The position numbers and the translations under genes were made by a program. A stretch of 64,000 nucleotides of DNA from Azolla caroliniana (lineage: Eukaryota > Plantae > Polypodiophyta), in NCBI GenBank assembly GCA_043228905.1, contig JBHGNT010000003.1, positions 17,174,001-17,238,000 on the forward strand. Reading direction: 5' to 3'. Within the stretch, counting starts at the first letter, position 1, and each line of letters starts with the position of its first letter. Of the stretch, positions 1 through 12,835 are shown in pieces. The notes beneath the pieces were generated by a model. The model searched no databases. It saw only the letters and a list, made by a program, of their open reading frames with translations, and was not told the origin of the DNA.

Positions 1-161
1 GGAGCAGCCTCAGTCCCAACCGCAACCACAGCAGCCGCAACAACCACAACCGGAAGAACAAGTGGAAATTCTGGAACAAAGTATTTTGGACAATTTGGGT
101 GAACAATGAAGGGGCCGAGAAGGGTTCGACGTACAAGGTACTGTCCCACGGGCGTGCCATG

Positions 162-580
162 TGTTACCGGCCGGCAAGGAGTCCAAAATACGGAGTGAAG
201 GAATTAATTAAGTATGGTTGTAAATGAGCATAGTGTGGACGGACGGACTGGAAACGGTATGCCGTTCCAGATCCGGACGGATCCCGAATAGGTGCGATAG
301 GTACCGTTTTGTACTACGGGCCGGAAACCTATTTAAAGGCCCGGACCCCATTGTAATCGCAGCGGATAATTAATAGAGCCTATGGTGTTTATACTTCTGT
401 GTTGATTTCCGTTCTGTAATTACTGTTATATCTTACGCGTGTAATTAACCAAAGCACTCTAATCGTGTAACCTACGTAAGTCGGTGTAATCGTTGAATCT
501 TAATCCTATGCCGTAATCACCCTTTGGTGAAGTGTCTCCGTGACACCTTGTGTTAGGCCTTGTCCGGTCAGAGAATAACA
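162..580 (+). mobile_element. 3' LTR of an Athila/Tat-like (OTA) Ty3/gypsy element whose body lies upstream of the window
   Basis: TGTT...AACA termini. The end (CCTTTGGTGAAGTGTCTC...TAACA) matches the reverse complement of the LTR at 41990-42451. TATA-like CTATTTAAA near 328. Preceded by GTCCCACGGGCGTGCCA+TG. Confidence 0.8.
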
Positions 581-699
581 GAGATAATCCGGACGATAGA
601 CGGTTGTTTGTGTTTCCTCGAGTAGTTACGCCGAGCATCCACGCAGAGGTGCTCGAGATGCAGGCCGACTACTGAAGTTGGCTGGAGTTCGAGAAGTGT

Positions 700-1490
700 C
701 TCCTCGAAAGATACGGTTTTGATGACTTGCTCCGATTATTGAAGAGGGAGTTGATGGAGTGGTTTGAGAGTCCGGGAAAGGGGAGGAACACATTGACGCT
801 CCTCCAGGAGTTTGAAAGACGATTCACACGACTCTTGGCGCTGGACCAAACTGTGCTCGACACGTGCAAGGTCCTATTATTTATCAAGTCGGTCAATCCA
901 CTAGACCGAGAAAAGGTGGGTCTCCTATTGGAGACGGATGAAGGGCTCACGACCGACTACGCCGTGGTAAAAGGGGTTTGCAGCTGTTTCGACAAACGGT
1001 GAGAATGGAACGACACAGGGTCGTCGATGACCGGCCCGGGTGCTAGGAAGAAGCCAAAGGAACCGATTCTGACATGGTCGAAAGAAACATGGAATTTTCT
1101 CCTCGAAAGATATGGTTTCGATGAATGGCTCCGGTTATCGAAGAGGGAGAACTTGATGGAGTGGGTCAAGAGTCCAGGAAATGGGAGGAACGCATTGGCG
1201 CTCCTCCAGGAGTTTGAAAGACGATTCACATGACTCTCGAAGCTAGACCGAACCGTGCTCGACACGGGCAAGGTCCTGTTATTTATCAAGTTGGTCGATC
1301 CACTCGACCGAGAAAAGGTGGGTCTCTTACTGGAGATGGATGAAGGGCTCATGACCGCGTAGGCCGTGGTTAAAAGGTTTTGTAGCCATTTCGACAAACG
1401 GCGATAATGGAACAACGCAAGGTCATTGACAACCAACGCGGGTGCTGGGAAGAAGTCGGAGGAACCGATTCTGACACGGTTGGAGGAAAC
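700..1490 (+). repeat. ~400-bp tandem duplication within the gag remnant
   Basis: CTCCTCGAAAGATA(C/T)GGTTT... starts at ~700 and ~1099; both copies continue to GGAACCGATTCTGACA. Confidence 0.85.
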
Positions 1491-2088
1491 ACGAAGGTGG
1501 CTCGAGTCGGGGGTGATTCCAATCAATGTGTTCAAGGGTCTGTCCGGGGGCGCAACCCTAGAGGAGCTGACGAAAATGGTGCGCAATCTCCAGATCGTGC
1601 AAGCCCAGAGAAATTCGGGGGGCAGTCATGTGACCGGAGGCCTCCGAACGACCAACGATGCATGTGGTGCGATGCAATCGACCACATCTGGAGAGAGTGC
1701 ACCGATTTTGCCGAAGCACTCAAGAACAATGTTGTGTACCTCTGGAACGGACAGGTACATGCGTGTGATGCATGAAGGCCCCTCAAAGTGAACACCGGAC
1801 GAGGCGGCATGAAGAGGATAATGGAGGAAGCCATGGCCTGGAATGCCGAGGCCATTTACTACTCGGTGTGGGCAGGGATCCAGGTTAGGCGGAGAGAAGG
1901 GCACCACATCCGGAAGTAATACCAGATTCTAGCCGCTTGTACTGGAAGGCCTCTCGGGGGTGAGGCCATGGAAGGAAGAGGTGGGTCCAAGAGGGCACTG
2001 GATGGAACGATCTGATAGAGGAGGAATCCTGCTTCGCGGAAGTCGTGTGCCAGAACTACAAGGTTTTGGTAGAAGACAAGCGGTCTGA

Positions 2089-2407
2089 TGTCGTGAAGGA
2101 TTCCGACCATAAAGAGAAATAGAGCCAAGTGCTCACGAATGAGTGTGTGCACCGATACACATGAATCAAGAAATATGTACAAACATAATGTAAATAGCAT
2201 AGGTAGTAGGAATTAATGGGTTCTTTAAAGTCCCACACGCATATAGAGAGAATTTGGGGGATTTGATGGGAAGAAATCAAAGGAGGGGGGATCTCTAACA
2301 CCGATCACGATGTAACAATCCCCCCTTGTGTTATAAAAGGGGAGGCCTAAGCCTGCTTTAGGAATCCACGTTTTCAAGAGAACGAAGTGTTGTCGGTTTG
2401 AGTGCCG

Positions 2408-2463
<56 letters not shown>

Positions 2464-2828
2464 CCCCTGTTGATCCGAGAATAAGGTGAAGCCTCTGCTT
2501 GCGCATGTAGCCCGTGAGTTCCCAACCAAAGGTTCATTGTTACGTGTGCATTTGTGGTGGCTGTAGTTCAATGCTCCACTGCTCGCTGAGTCCGACTGTA
2601 TTCTTTTCATTCTCTTGTTTAATCAATCTTTCTTTGTTTTGTTTGATTGCTCTGTGTGTGTTGAGAATGCATCCTCATCCCACGTCTGTTTGTCTCTCGC
2701 GTTTGGCCTGAGCCCGGTGCTGTGTGCTTGTTGTCATCCAGGCGGACTTCCCACTCTCTCCAGCTCCTTGGTTCGAGACCCCCTGTGGTCCTGCCTGTTT
2801 CAACACGTACCGGCAAATTTCCGCGACA
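2089..2828 (+). mobile_element. Solo LTR related to the host gypsy LTR
   Basis: TGTCGTGAAG...TTCCGCGACA termini shared with 5274-5902 and 6905-7755. Flanks CTGA/CTAG fit a decayed 4-bp CCGG TSD. Contains a (CT)n tract at ~2410-2459. Confidence 0.75.
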
Positions 2829-3959
2829 CTAGAAAATCCGATGGGGCTGGACCTTCGAACCGATATGAGACCCGGAGCGGTCTGAAGAAAAATGACGGAG
2901 GCTCGACTGGCTCCCAAGAAAAGGCTAAGTTCCCGAGCTTCCGGCTAAGCTTAGAGATCGAGAAGAAGACAAACCTACAGAAGGTCTTGGAGGAGCGGAT
3001 CCTCGACAGTCGCGTGAAACTCACATTGTGGGAAGTGCTAGGGGTAGCGAAGAAGGAGTTCCACGATGACATCGTCAATCTGGTAAAAAGGAAGAGGCTG
3101 TCAATAGAGCCGAAGGCCGAAAAGCTGGTCGAAGTGAGGATGGCCCTGATTGATGAAGTGGTGGTAGAAGATGAATACACCGAAAGCCAATACACAAGGC
3201 CACATTGGGCAGGAGCTACCATGGAGATGCCGGTTCGGATCGGGGATGTGAAGGAGCCAGTTGTAGCATTGATCAACCATGGATTGGAGATCAACTTCAT
3301 GTCGATGGACTTCTACAAGAGAGGGAAGTGGCCAATCAACACCAAGCACGGGTGGAAGATACATGCGGCGACTAGAGCCATGGAAGAGCTACACGGAGCG
3401 TGCCCGAATGTCCTGGTAAAGGTCGGGGACGTAAAGATCGACCAACACTTCTTCGTGAAGGAGACATCTTCCCATTAGGTCATCCTCGACGAACCATACA
3501 TCATGGTGGCTCGGATGGAGACCAAAGTGCTGGACAATGGTTTAGCCTATGTATGGGTGAAGAGCCAGGACGATCGACACTCCGTCCAATTTTCGATGGT
3601 CCGGCCGAATGACCAGTGGAATAGGGATTCTCTTGGCGGTGAAGGCCGAGAGGATTTTTAAAGAGGACTATCAAGGCGTGGGGCCACAATAGTCCAGACT
3701 ACCAGACGAAATCCCCCACCTGTACCGGTTAAGAGAGGTAGGAAATTTTGGCCCTCTATTAACAAAGGTTGTACCATAACCGGCATCTATGGGACACCGG
3801 TTCACCGAGGAGACACTACGGAAGCTCAAGATTAGTGGGGGTGGCTTTCTACTGCCGGCGAAGGAAGACCGGTTTCAGAGGATGCTCGAAAGGCACGTGA
3901 AGGCCTTTGCAATCTCATTGTAGGAGATCGGGTGCGTCGACCCAACAATCAGGGAATCA

Positions 3960-5273
3960 ATGGTGATCTTCATGGTACCGCATGCACTGTGGAATCTCAA
4001 ACCGATTCTGGTACCGAGTGCTCACATCCCGAAGTTGATGGAGTTGCTCAATGAGAAAGACATGGGGATCCTCGAACCATCAAGTGCCCCTTATTCGAAT
4101 CGGTGGTTTACGGTGCCAAAGAAGAACGACACATTGAGCTTCATTCAGGACCTGCAATCGGTCAACAAGATGACCATTCAAAATGCAGGTGTAGGATTGA
4201 GCATTGATGATTTTGCAGAGGCCTTCACCGGAAGGTCAATGTACTCGGTTGGGGATCTATACTTCGGGTACGACCAACTCTAGTTAGCCGTGGAGAGCAG
4301 GGATATCACGACGATGCGAACCCCACTCGGCTTGGTTCGTATGTGTACCCTACCACAAGGAGGAACCAATTCGGTGGCACACATGGTGAACACGATGAAC
4401 AAAGTACTAAGGGATTGCATCCTGGACATCACCATGCCGTTTTTGGATGACATCCTGATCAAGGGATGTTCGGAGGACGCAAAGGACGGGTCAATCGGAG
4501 TGGACAGGTGATGAAAGTTGGTCATGGATGACATATCTGACTGCGATAAGATACTGCAGAGGCTTCAGGGTGGGTGCTCAGCTTACCTTCTTCGGGGAGA
4601 AGTCAGCTTTTGGACAATCGAAGATTCTAGTGGTCAGGCACCTATGTAGACCTTATGCCCGAAAACCATCTCCGGCAAAGGTAGAGGCCATCTCGGCAAT
4701 GAGGGCGGAGTGCAGATCGGTCATGGAGGTTCGTCGGTTCCTAGGAGCGTGCACCCTCTAGCACATTTGAATACTGCACTACACGCATATCACCAAGCCG
4801 CTCTACGGCTTGCTGAAGAAAGGGTGGAAATTTGAATGGGACGAAGAGCACAGGGAGGCGGTCTAGAAACTCAAGGATATGCTGACAATGGTATCGGCTC
4901 TTCAGAAAGCGGAGTACAAGATGAACATTCCGGTCTACGTGATGGTGGACACGAGTTCGGCCGGAATTGGGTGGGTGGTCAATCAAGAGGACAAAGCCGG
5001 CACGCGGTACCCCATCCAGTTCGGTGTGAAGGTGTTAAGTGAGCGGCAACGAGGATACACCCAAGTTAAACGCAAAGTGTGGGGTATCATTTCAGCGGAC
5101 AAGGCCGATAAAGATTATTTGATCGAGATAGAGGTAATCTTAGAGATGGATTGCCTATCAATTTTCGGTATGGTTGCCGGATGCGCGACTCCAGACCTAG
5201 CGATGCTCAAGTGGATCGTGTACATCAAGTCCCTAAATCCGGAGATATGACACATCTTCGGAAAAGACAACGC
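3960..5273 (+). pseudogene. Gypsy reverse transcriptase and RNase H remnant
   Basis: ORF pieces 3960-4283, 4290-4511, 4528-4761 and 4879-5250 carry RT/RNase H motifs, broken by stops and frameshifts. Confidence 0.85.
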
Positions 5274-5902
5274 TATCGTGAAGATTTCCGACTACAGTTA
5301 GAAGGGTATACCATTTAGATCTAGGGTTTGGTAGTTGTCTCTTCTTCTTACTTTCTTACTTTCTTTTAGGGTTTCCTTTAGGTCTTCTTCTTCATCATCG
5401 TGTGGGTGGAGTCTTTCAATCTGTTAAGGGTTTAGTCTGGTTGAGAGCTCGTATGTCCTAGGGGGTTTCGCTTCTACTCTGTCTCTTGTGCAAGACCTCA
5501 CTCGGCGTGACGAGCCCGAGAGCTCCCCGATCGGCGGCTTGGCAACAAACCGTTGTTGTAACCTAATCTACCTTAGACCGGCTCGAAGCCAGAGTTGTAT
5601 CTTGCTCTTGTGTATATATATATAAGTGAAGTTCTGTGCATCTGTGTCTATGTCAATGTCTTTGGAGTTCTTTCTTCCCTGTTTCTGTACATGGGAAGCG
5701 TGTGTCTAGTCGGTGTTTGCGTGCGTGTCCTTTTTCCTCTCTCATTCAGTTGCCTCCGGTACATATCAGGAAACGCTCTGGTCAGTGTTCTGGCCGGTTG
5801 TCGGAAATGGTGAAGCTTGACCTTCCATGCTCCGTCTTTCTCAGGTCCAAGACCCATGTGGTCCCGACCCCGATCTAACACGTACCCTTGGATTTCCGTG
5901 AC
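5274..5902 (+). mobile_element. Solo LTR related to the host gypsy LTR, 4-bp TSD ACGC
   Basis: TATCGTGAAG...TTTCCGTGACA. It splits the RNase H motif GKDNA|MAD and has ACGC on both sides. Confidence 0.8.
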
Positions 5903-6904
5903 AACGCCATGGCCGATTTGTTGTTGAGGGCATAGTTCGAGAACAAGGGCGGTATGGTGTTGGAAGACGAAGAAGTCGGCGTGGACTTCTTTAAGTCGGT
6001 TCGAATGTCGGCGAATGAATAAAGCACTCCGGCCCTGAACGAGTTCGATGAGAATGACTACGACGGGAACTGGTTTCAAATCAGGTGGTTCCTTAGCACA
6101 ATGGCGATGGACACGACATGGATGAAAGAGGAAGCGGGACGGTCAGGAAGAAGGTGTACTGGTTCTTCCTACGGAACGATAAGTATGGAAGCATCCAAAG
6201 AAACGGGCTGACACACCACTCCGGGTGGTGATGAAGGAAGAGAATCAGTCAACACTCTTATCAGAATTCCATGAAATCCCCTGGTCCGGACACCGGGGCA
6301 CATGGGTCACATTCGAGAAGCTAAAGGAGAAGTATTGGAGAATCCCTTCGTGGTTGACGATCGATTGGACGGAGGAGATGAGTCGAGAGGAACTATTGGT
6401 GGCAAGGATCCAACAACTTTAGAGGAGGCAAGGAGACGTTGAACATGCAACGGTGAGGATAGCAGAGTCACAGATGAAGAACAAGGGCCGGTTCGACTGC
6501 ACACACCGACTCCGGCCGAAGAAGATCGGGGAAGGCAACTGGGTGCTAGTTTATGACAACAGCCTTGACAACCAACACCGGTCGACCCAAAAGTTTGCAC
6601 GACGATGGTTCAGACCTTACGTGGTAACGAGTGTGAACAAAAAATGCAACATACCACCTAGCGGAGCTTGACTGAACAAAGATTGCGGTACATGTTACGA
6701 CGAAATTGATCAAGGCTGTCAAGAAACGACATGAAGCGGAACCGGATCCGGATGTCGAAGATGGAAGCACCGGTGAGGGCAAGGAGTTGAAAGAGCACTG
6801 GATCGGCAACGGGACGGGAGAGGACGAGTAAAAGGTCAAGCCTGAATCTCGACCACTACACTACTTGGTACATGCCGGAGGATGTGCGGTTTGGTGGGGG
6901 TGGA

Positions 6905-7755
6905 TGTCGTGAAGAATTCCGGCTACTAGGAGAAAGGGAAGAGGACACGTGGGAACGGGTGGAGAGAATCGCGGGAAATCTCTGAGTGAAAAACGATTGT
7001 CTTTACAGTTGATGGAACGGTCTCTCCCTCTTTGAGCTAGAAAAGGAGGGAGAGAAGATTAAGGGAGGGATCCACATTTTGGAGACCGAAGTGCTATCCG
7101 ATCGAGCTCTACAAACTTCTATTTTCTCGCAATCTCTATTCAGGTCATTGTGATGTGAACCCCCTGTTTCGCGCTAGTAGCCCGTGTGCTCCCGATCGGA
7201 GGCTTGCTAGTGTGTGTGTGTGTGAGTGTTAGGCGCTCGAAGCTCTGTGTTGCCGGCCACATCCGGTTGTAATATCCTATTTTCCTCTGATAATTATTAG
7301 TATATTTGCGGAGTTTGTGTTCGCGTTCGGTAATTCCATGCCATTTCTATTTGTCGTGTGTTTGTCGAGTCCTAAGCTTATGCTCTCATCTCTATTCTAT
7401 TCTCGTTCGAGTGCATGCGTTCGGCATGTGAGCCCATGTGCTCATTGCCTACTATCCGGTGCAACCCTGGAACTGATAACGTGTGCTGAGCCCGTGTGCT
7501 TGCCGTCAGGCATTTGAGGACTTGTCCAGACCAGATAGGATACCTGACCGAAAAGCACCCTAGCGAAGTTACCCATAATCCGATCCGGAAAATCCCCTTT
7601 CCCTCACTGACTTCGGAACAACGCTCTAGCAAGATATAACTGGGGGGGGGGGGGGGGGGTAGGTCCAGTTAACGCTTCTTCCTTTACCGGCTCTTTGGTC
7701 TGAGACCCCTGTGGTTACGCCCCGTTTCGACACATCCATGCGGAAATCTGCAACA
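6905..7755 (+). mobile_element. 3' LTR of the decayed gypsy element
   Basis: Follows the PPT. TGTCGTGAAG start; GAGACCCCTGTGG...GCAACA end; internal poly-G near 7642-7659. Confidence 0.8.
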
Positions 7756-10240
7756 ACGCAGATAGGCATCACAAATCAAACTTTGCTGAAGCCTCGGGGT
7801 GAGCTAAAATGGGCTTGGCCCTCGTGATGAAGCACAATGCCAATCGGATGGGAGTACATATCACGAAGCTAGAGGAGGTCTGGTATTACATCAACTCTGG
7901 AGCTTCCAACCACATGACAAACCCTGAAGCATCGATCTCCTTTCTTGAGAAGCCGGATGAACCAGGAGTTGTTGAGACCGACGAAAACACCATGCATCCT
8001 ATCGTACATGGTGGTGATGTACTACCTCAGCCATGTTAGACAAAAGGGGCTGATGTGAAACATATCGCATGTTTTGACGATTGTGAAAAACTTGGTATTT
8101 GTTAGACAAATCGTTGATAAAGGCATGTAGGTATGGTTCAATCACCACAGTTGCTTCATTGAGGACGAGGGCCGGATGATCACGCATGGGCATAGAGATG
8201 GGAGGATGTTCATCCGCAAGAGGAATGATGTTGGCGCAACAATGTTTGCAAAAGGACAGAAGGTCGAATCCAACATCGACATGTGGCACAAGCAGGTAAG
8301 CCATATCAATTTTCAGAAGCTTCAAGAATTGCAATTGAAACAGGTGGTATTCGGACTACCAAAGTTTAGCGGCCGAATGGGCCAGATATGTGAAGCTTGT
8401 TTGTTCAGGGAGCAACATAGGCTTCCATTCCCTAATGAGAAGAATCCAAACAGATGTATGGGGACCGACACAGTGCGTGAGCATAGGCAGGACCCGATAC
8501 TTCCTCTCCTTCATTGGTGATATTAGCCGACACACTTGGGTCTACTGATTGAGAAGAAGAATGAAGTCTTCTCATGTTTTCGGGATCTAAAGAACCTTGT
8601 CGAACAAGAAACTAGGAGGAAAAGTGTCTAAGATGGGATGGTGGAAAAGAATACTTTTTTGACCAGTTCATGAGTTATCTATAGAAAAAGGGAATTTGAC
8701 AAAGCAAGTGTAGGTGAGCCATGATGTTGTCTTTGACGAATCGGCGTCGTGGTACTCCCTTCCATCTTTGACACTAGAAAACCTTAGACGATTACTAGGG
8801 ATAAGGTCACTAAAACCAATTCAGTTGGAGAAGGGGAGGAATCCAAACTTTTGGATAATAGTCTGATTTCCATCCAACTTAATGGGACGAATCCGAATTG
8901 GTTGGGCCAAGGCCAATCAGATGGTAAGCCGGCGAGCAACAAAGACACGGTCGTGCTGTCCCCGTGCCAAAAGCTGAGGAGATGGCTTATGCACAAGGAA
9001 AAGGGAAGATGAAGAGGCCAAAATATGACACATAGGCTGGCGCATCGGACCAAAGTGAATTGAGGTCAGCGTTGGCCAAGATGGCCATGAAATCGACGAA
9101 CTGGAAGTTGCACCAATCCACTTGCCAGAAGAACCCCGTAATCCGATATGGGTATAATGGATATATGGTGCATCATTATGCGTATATGACCAAATTGGCA
9201 AAAGTGCGTGAGCCAGAGAGCTACGCGGAGGCGACAAAGGATACCAATTGGCGAGCTGCAATGGAGGAAGAGATGCATGCCGTAGCGGAGAATGAAACAT
9301 GGGACCTGGTTGACGCCCCCAAAGGTGTGAAGCCGATCAGATGTAGGTGGGTGGACAAGGTAAAACACAACGCTGACGGCTCCGTCAACGGATATAAGGC
9401 CCGGCTAGTGGCCAAAGGCTACGCGCAACATTACGACATCGATTATCATGAGATGCTCACACCGGTCGCAAAGATGATGATTGTTTGGGTGTTGTTGGCC
9501 GTAGTAGTAGCTAAGGGATAACATTTGCACGAGATGGACGCGAAGAATGCGTTCCTACAAGGAGACCTTGAGGAATAGGTGTATATGGTGCAACCTCCCG
9601 AATTTCAATCTGGAATGCATGACTCGGCCCTCTGCTGACTGAAGAAGTTCCTTTACGGACTGAAGCAAGCCCTGTGCAAGCACGAAGATTACACAGTGAC
9701 TGTGAAAGATGGGGTTTGCTCCGTCAAAGTTCGACTCTTCACTCTTCATCTAGTAGGGTCAGACTAGGCCAATCAATATATTGCTTTATGTTGATGACTT
9801 GGTCATCGCCAGCGCCGATCTGGAGGAAATAGGCCACATCAAATCCCAATTAGCGGCATCATTTGACATGAAGGATCTAGGGGACCCTCATTACTTCCTC
9901 GGGATTGAAATGATCTGCACCACGAAAGGCATACTGATAAGCCAAAGACATCATTGTGTTAGGTATGCTCTTGTCTCAATTCCTCTTGATAGGAATATCA
10001 AGCTTCGTCCCAAATCTAGGACGGCTTGCGACCCGACACGGTTACGACAAATAGTCGGAAGCCTGATATATTTGACCATCACTCAGACAGACCTCAACTA
10101 TCCGGTCGAACTGATCATTCAATTTATGTTGAAGCCGACCGTCAAACGCCTTCAGTGCACATAGAGAATATTGAGATATAAGAGCGATTAGAAGGATAGG
10201 GCATTGCTGTATCGAACCGGTATAGCCGAAGAGTTGGTTG
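7756..10240 (+). pseudogene. Decayed Ty1/copia pol (protease, GAG-pre-integrase, partial integrase, RT)
   Basis: WYYINSGASNHMT, DMWHKQVSHIN, EPESYAEA...ENETWDLV...YKARLVAKGY, LYVDDLVIA. Many stops and deletions. Confidence 0.9.
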
Positions 10241-10869
10241 CATGTCTACATCCAAATATACGTTGTCGTGAGGATTTTCAGTGATAGTGTGAAACTTGTA
10301 AGGAACATATGAAATCGAGTGTGGTTCTTCTCACGAAATATAAACAATAATAGTAAAGATACTATTTTAAATAAGTTTAATATCTTGGTACAAAATGATA
10401 GGATGCTCGTCTCCAACTATGCTCGGCAACAACCGAGACGTCGGATCAGTCACAGAAAACAGGGATGTGGAGAGATGTATCTACGCACGAAACAAGTAAA
10501 GAAGAGAGTGCACAGGATGTTAACATGGAAAACCCAAATATGGGAAAAACCACGACAACCCTCAGACTACAAAATATGACTATATCAAGATTACAACAAT
10601 GGGGCACAGAGGCAACGACCTCTTGCTCCCTCGCTTTGCCACTAGGCGATTACAACAGAGGCAACAATCTCTGTATATCGCTCTCTCTACCTCTCTTACG
10701 CATTGTACAGGGGTTACACCCACAAAAGAACTCTATCGTCATATATTAAGTTTGCCCTAGGTCATATTTATACTAATATGACTTTCGGGCTATTTACAAA
10801 TATAGCCCCAGTGGGCTCTCTGGAACATATTTACATATATGTCCCTTCCATCCGATGAGAGGTTCTCAC

Positions 10870-11956
10870 TAGGGATCGGCAACGGCTCGGCTCAAGCCTA
10901 AACCGTTTGGCTTAGCCGGCTTGAAAACGGCTTAGCGGCTTAGCGGCTCGGCTCGGCTCTGTTTAGGCTTGAACTTGCCTTAACGGTTTGAGCTCGGCTC
11001 GGCTCGGCTTGAGCCTCGCCAAACCGGCTCAAGCCGGCTAAGCCGAATAAACTGTTTAAGCCGTTTATAAACTTTAGAGAGGGGGAGAGAGACAACAGAC
11101 AAGGGGAAAGAGAGAGAGAGAGAGTGAGGGAGGGAGAACTACATAGATGAGGAGAGAGAGACAGAGGGAGGGAGACAACATATAAGGAGAGAGAGAGAGA
11201 GAGAGACTACACAAATGAGGAGAGAGAGAGAGAGGGAGGGAGACAACATATAAGGAGAGAGAGACTACATAGAGGGGAGAGAGAGAGAGAGAGGAACTAC
11301 ATAGAGGGGAGAGAGAGAGAGATAGAGAGACTACATAGAGAGGAGAGAGAGAGAGAGAGACTACACAGAGGGAGAGAGAGAGAGAGAGGAACTACATAGA
11401 GGGGAGAGAGAGAGAGAGAGAGAGGGAGGGAGAGTCGAGACCATAGACGTGACAGAGAGAGAGAGAGAGAGAGGAACTACATAGAGGGGAGAGAGAGAGA
11501 GAGAGGGAGGGAGAGTCGAGACCATAGACATGAGAGAGAGAGAGTGGAACTACATAGAGGGGAGAGAGAGGGAGAGGGAGAGAGTCGAGACCACAGACGT
11601 GAGAGAGAGTGGGAGGGAGAGCTTGTACAATGTATAGTATATAGTATATAGTATATAGTGGATCATTTGAGAGAGAGGGAGGTAGGGAGAGAGGGAGAGA
11701 GAGGGAGGTAGGGAGAGAGGGAGAGAGAGGGAGGTTTCTAAACCGGTTTCTAAGCTGGTTTAGAAACCGGTTTACAAGACGTTTACCAAACCGGTTCACA
11801 AACTGGTTTAGCATAAACCGGTTTAGCCTAAACCGATTTGTGAACCGGCTCGGCTCGGCTCGGCTCGGCTCAGGTTTGAGATCCTGTAAACGGTTTAGGC
11901 TTAGCTGGGATCAAGCCAAACCGGCTAAGCCTAAACCGAACCGTTGCTGATCCCTA
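10870..11956. mobile_element. Non-autonomous hAT element (MITE)
   Basis: 16-bp TIRs TAGGGATC(G/A)GCAACGG, 8-bp TSD GTTCTCAC, subterminal AAACCG/GGCTC repeats, GA-rich core at ~11075-11730. Confidence 0.92.
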
Positions 11957-11964
11957 GTTCTCAC

Positions 11965-12305
11965 CGGGCTTGCAACATCCGGTTCTCACCGGGTCTTCCG
12001 TTTCCGAGTACTCCACATCCGGTTCTCACTAGGTCTTTCGTTGCCGGGTACACCACATCCAGTTCTCACCGGGTCTTTCCGAAGCCGGGTACTCCACATC
12101 TGGTTCTCACCGAGTCTTCCGTTGCCGGGTACTCCACATCCGGTTCTCACTGTGTCTTCCGTTGTCAGGTACTCCACATCCGGTTCTCATCGGGTCTTCC
12201 GTTGCCGGGTACTCCACATCCGGTTCTCACTGTGTCTTCCGTTGTCAGGTACTCCACATCCGGTTCTCATCGGGTCTTCCGTTGCCAGGTACGCCACATC
12301 CGGAT
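11965..12305 (+). repeat. ~40-bp minisatellite inside the solo LTR (~8 units)
   Basis: Unit GGGTCTTCCGTTGCCGGGTACTCCACATCCGGTTCTCAC(C/T). Confidence 0.9.
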
Positions 12306-12647
12306 TCGGCCTCGGCCGAGTTGCTCATCAACACGGTTCTTCTCACTTCCCATTTGGAGGAACCTGTTTCCTAACACAAAAAGATGGAGGTCTTGAAGAG
12401 CTTCTAAATGTACTTTACTACGTAGGAAACAAACATCTAAGTGTCAAGTTATGTGGGTATGAAGTTTGCAAAGAAGAAGAGAAAAATATGTATCCCACAT
12501 AGACATGACAAATAAAGATCCCACCATATATAAGGCAGAGCAAAAGCTATTACCTTTGTGTCTATGTGTGGAGCATAGAAAGGTTAAGTTGTATGACTTA
12601 ACAAATAGATGTAGCCAAATGCATATAACTATATGTTTTGGACAAAT

Positions 12648-12803
12648 CCGGCGACGGTGATCGACGACGGTAACCGATGACGCCGACCGACGGTAGCCGG
12701 CGGTGAACGACGGTAACCGATCGACGACATCCGGCATCCGGCGATGGATCCGGCGACGGCGACCGACGGAGTCGGCAAAACGCCTTGTGAAAATACATTA
12801 ATA

Positions 12804-12834
<31 letters not shown>

Positions 12835-12835
12835 A
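12648..12835. repeat. GC-rich (C)GACGG short-repeat tract followed by (AT)n
   Basis: Repeated CGACGG/CCGGCGA motifs at 12648-12777; (AT)n at ~12808-12833. Confidence 0.7.

Larger units (their letters stand above)
581..7755 (+). mobile_element. Decayed non-chromovirus Ty3/gypsy retrotransposon (Phygy/Selgy-like), 5' end missing
   Basis: Gag remnants with CMWC...H...C knuckle, protease remnant ALINHGLEIN, RT (SAPYSNRWFTVPKK, LPQGGTNSV, FLDD), RNase H (VDTSSAGIG), integrase remnants (H..PWSGH; W..PY). PPT GGTGGGGGTGGA before the LTR at 6905. Lineage label is inference. Confidence 0.8.
10396..12376 (-). mobile_element. Solo LTR of a Tnt1/Tork-like copia, TSD CAAAA
   Basis: TG...CA ends with CAAAA on both sides. 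Blocks (CAACCGAGA, GAGGCAACGACCTC, GTCATATTTATACTAATATGACTTT, ACCTGTTT..AACA) match the LTRs at 34565 and 39277. Confidence 0.85.

Noticed and set aside
2615-2828. N-terminus of the 287-aa ORF
   Set aside because: It derives from solo LTR sequence; only the part after 2828 is gag/protease.
11392-12502. ORFs of 140-153 aa
   Set aside because: They are translations of GA microsatellite and 40-bp minisatellite.
10243-12617. Possible TIR pair TGTCTACATCCA / TAGATGTAGCCA
   Set aside because: Only 10 of 12 bases match and there is no TSD.
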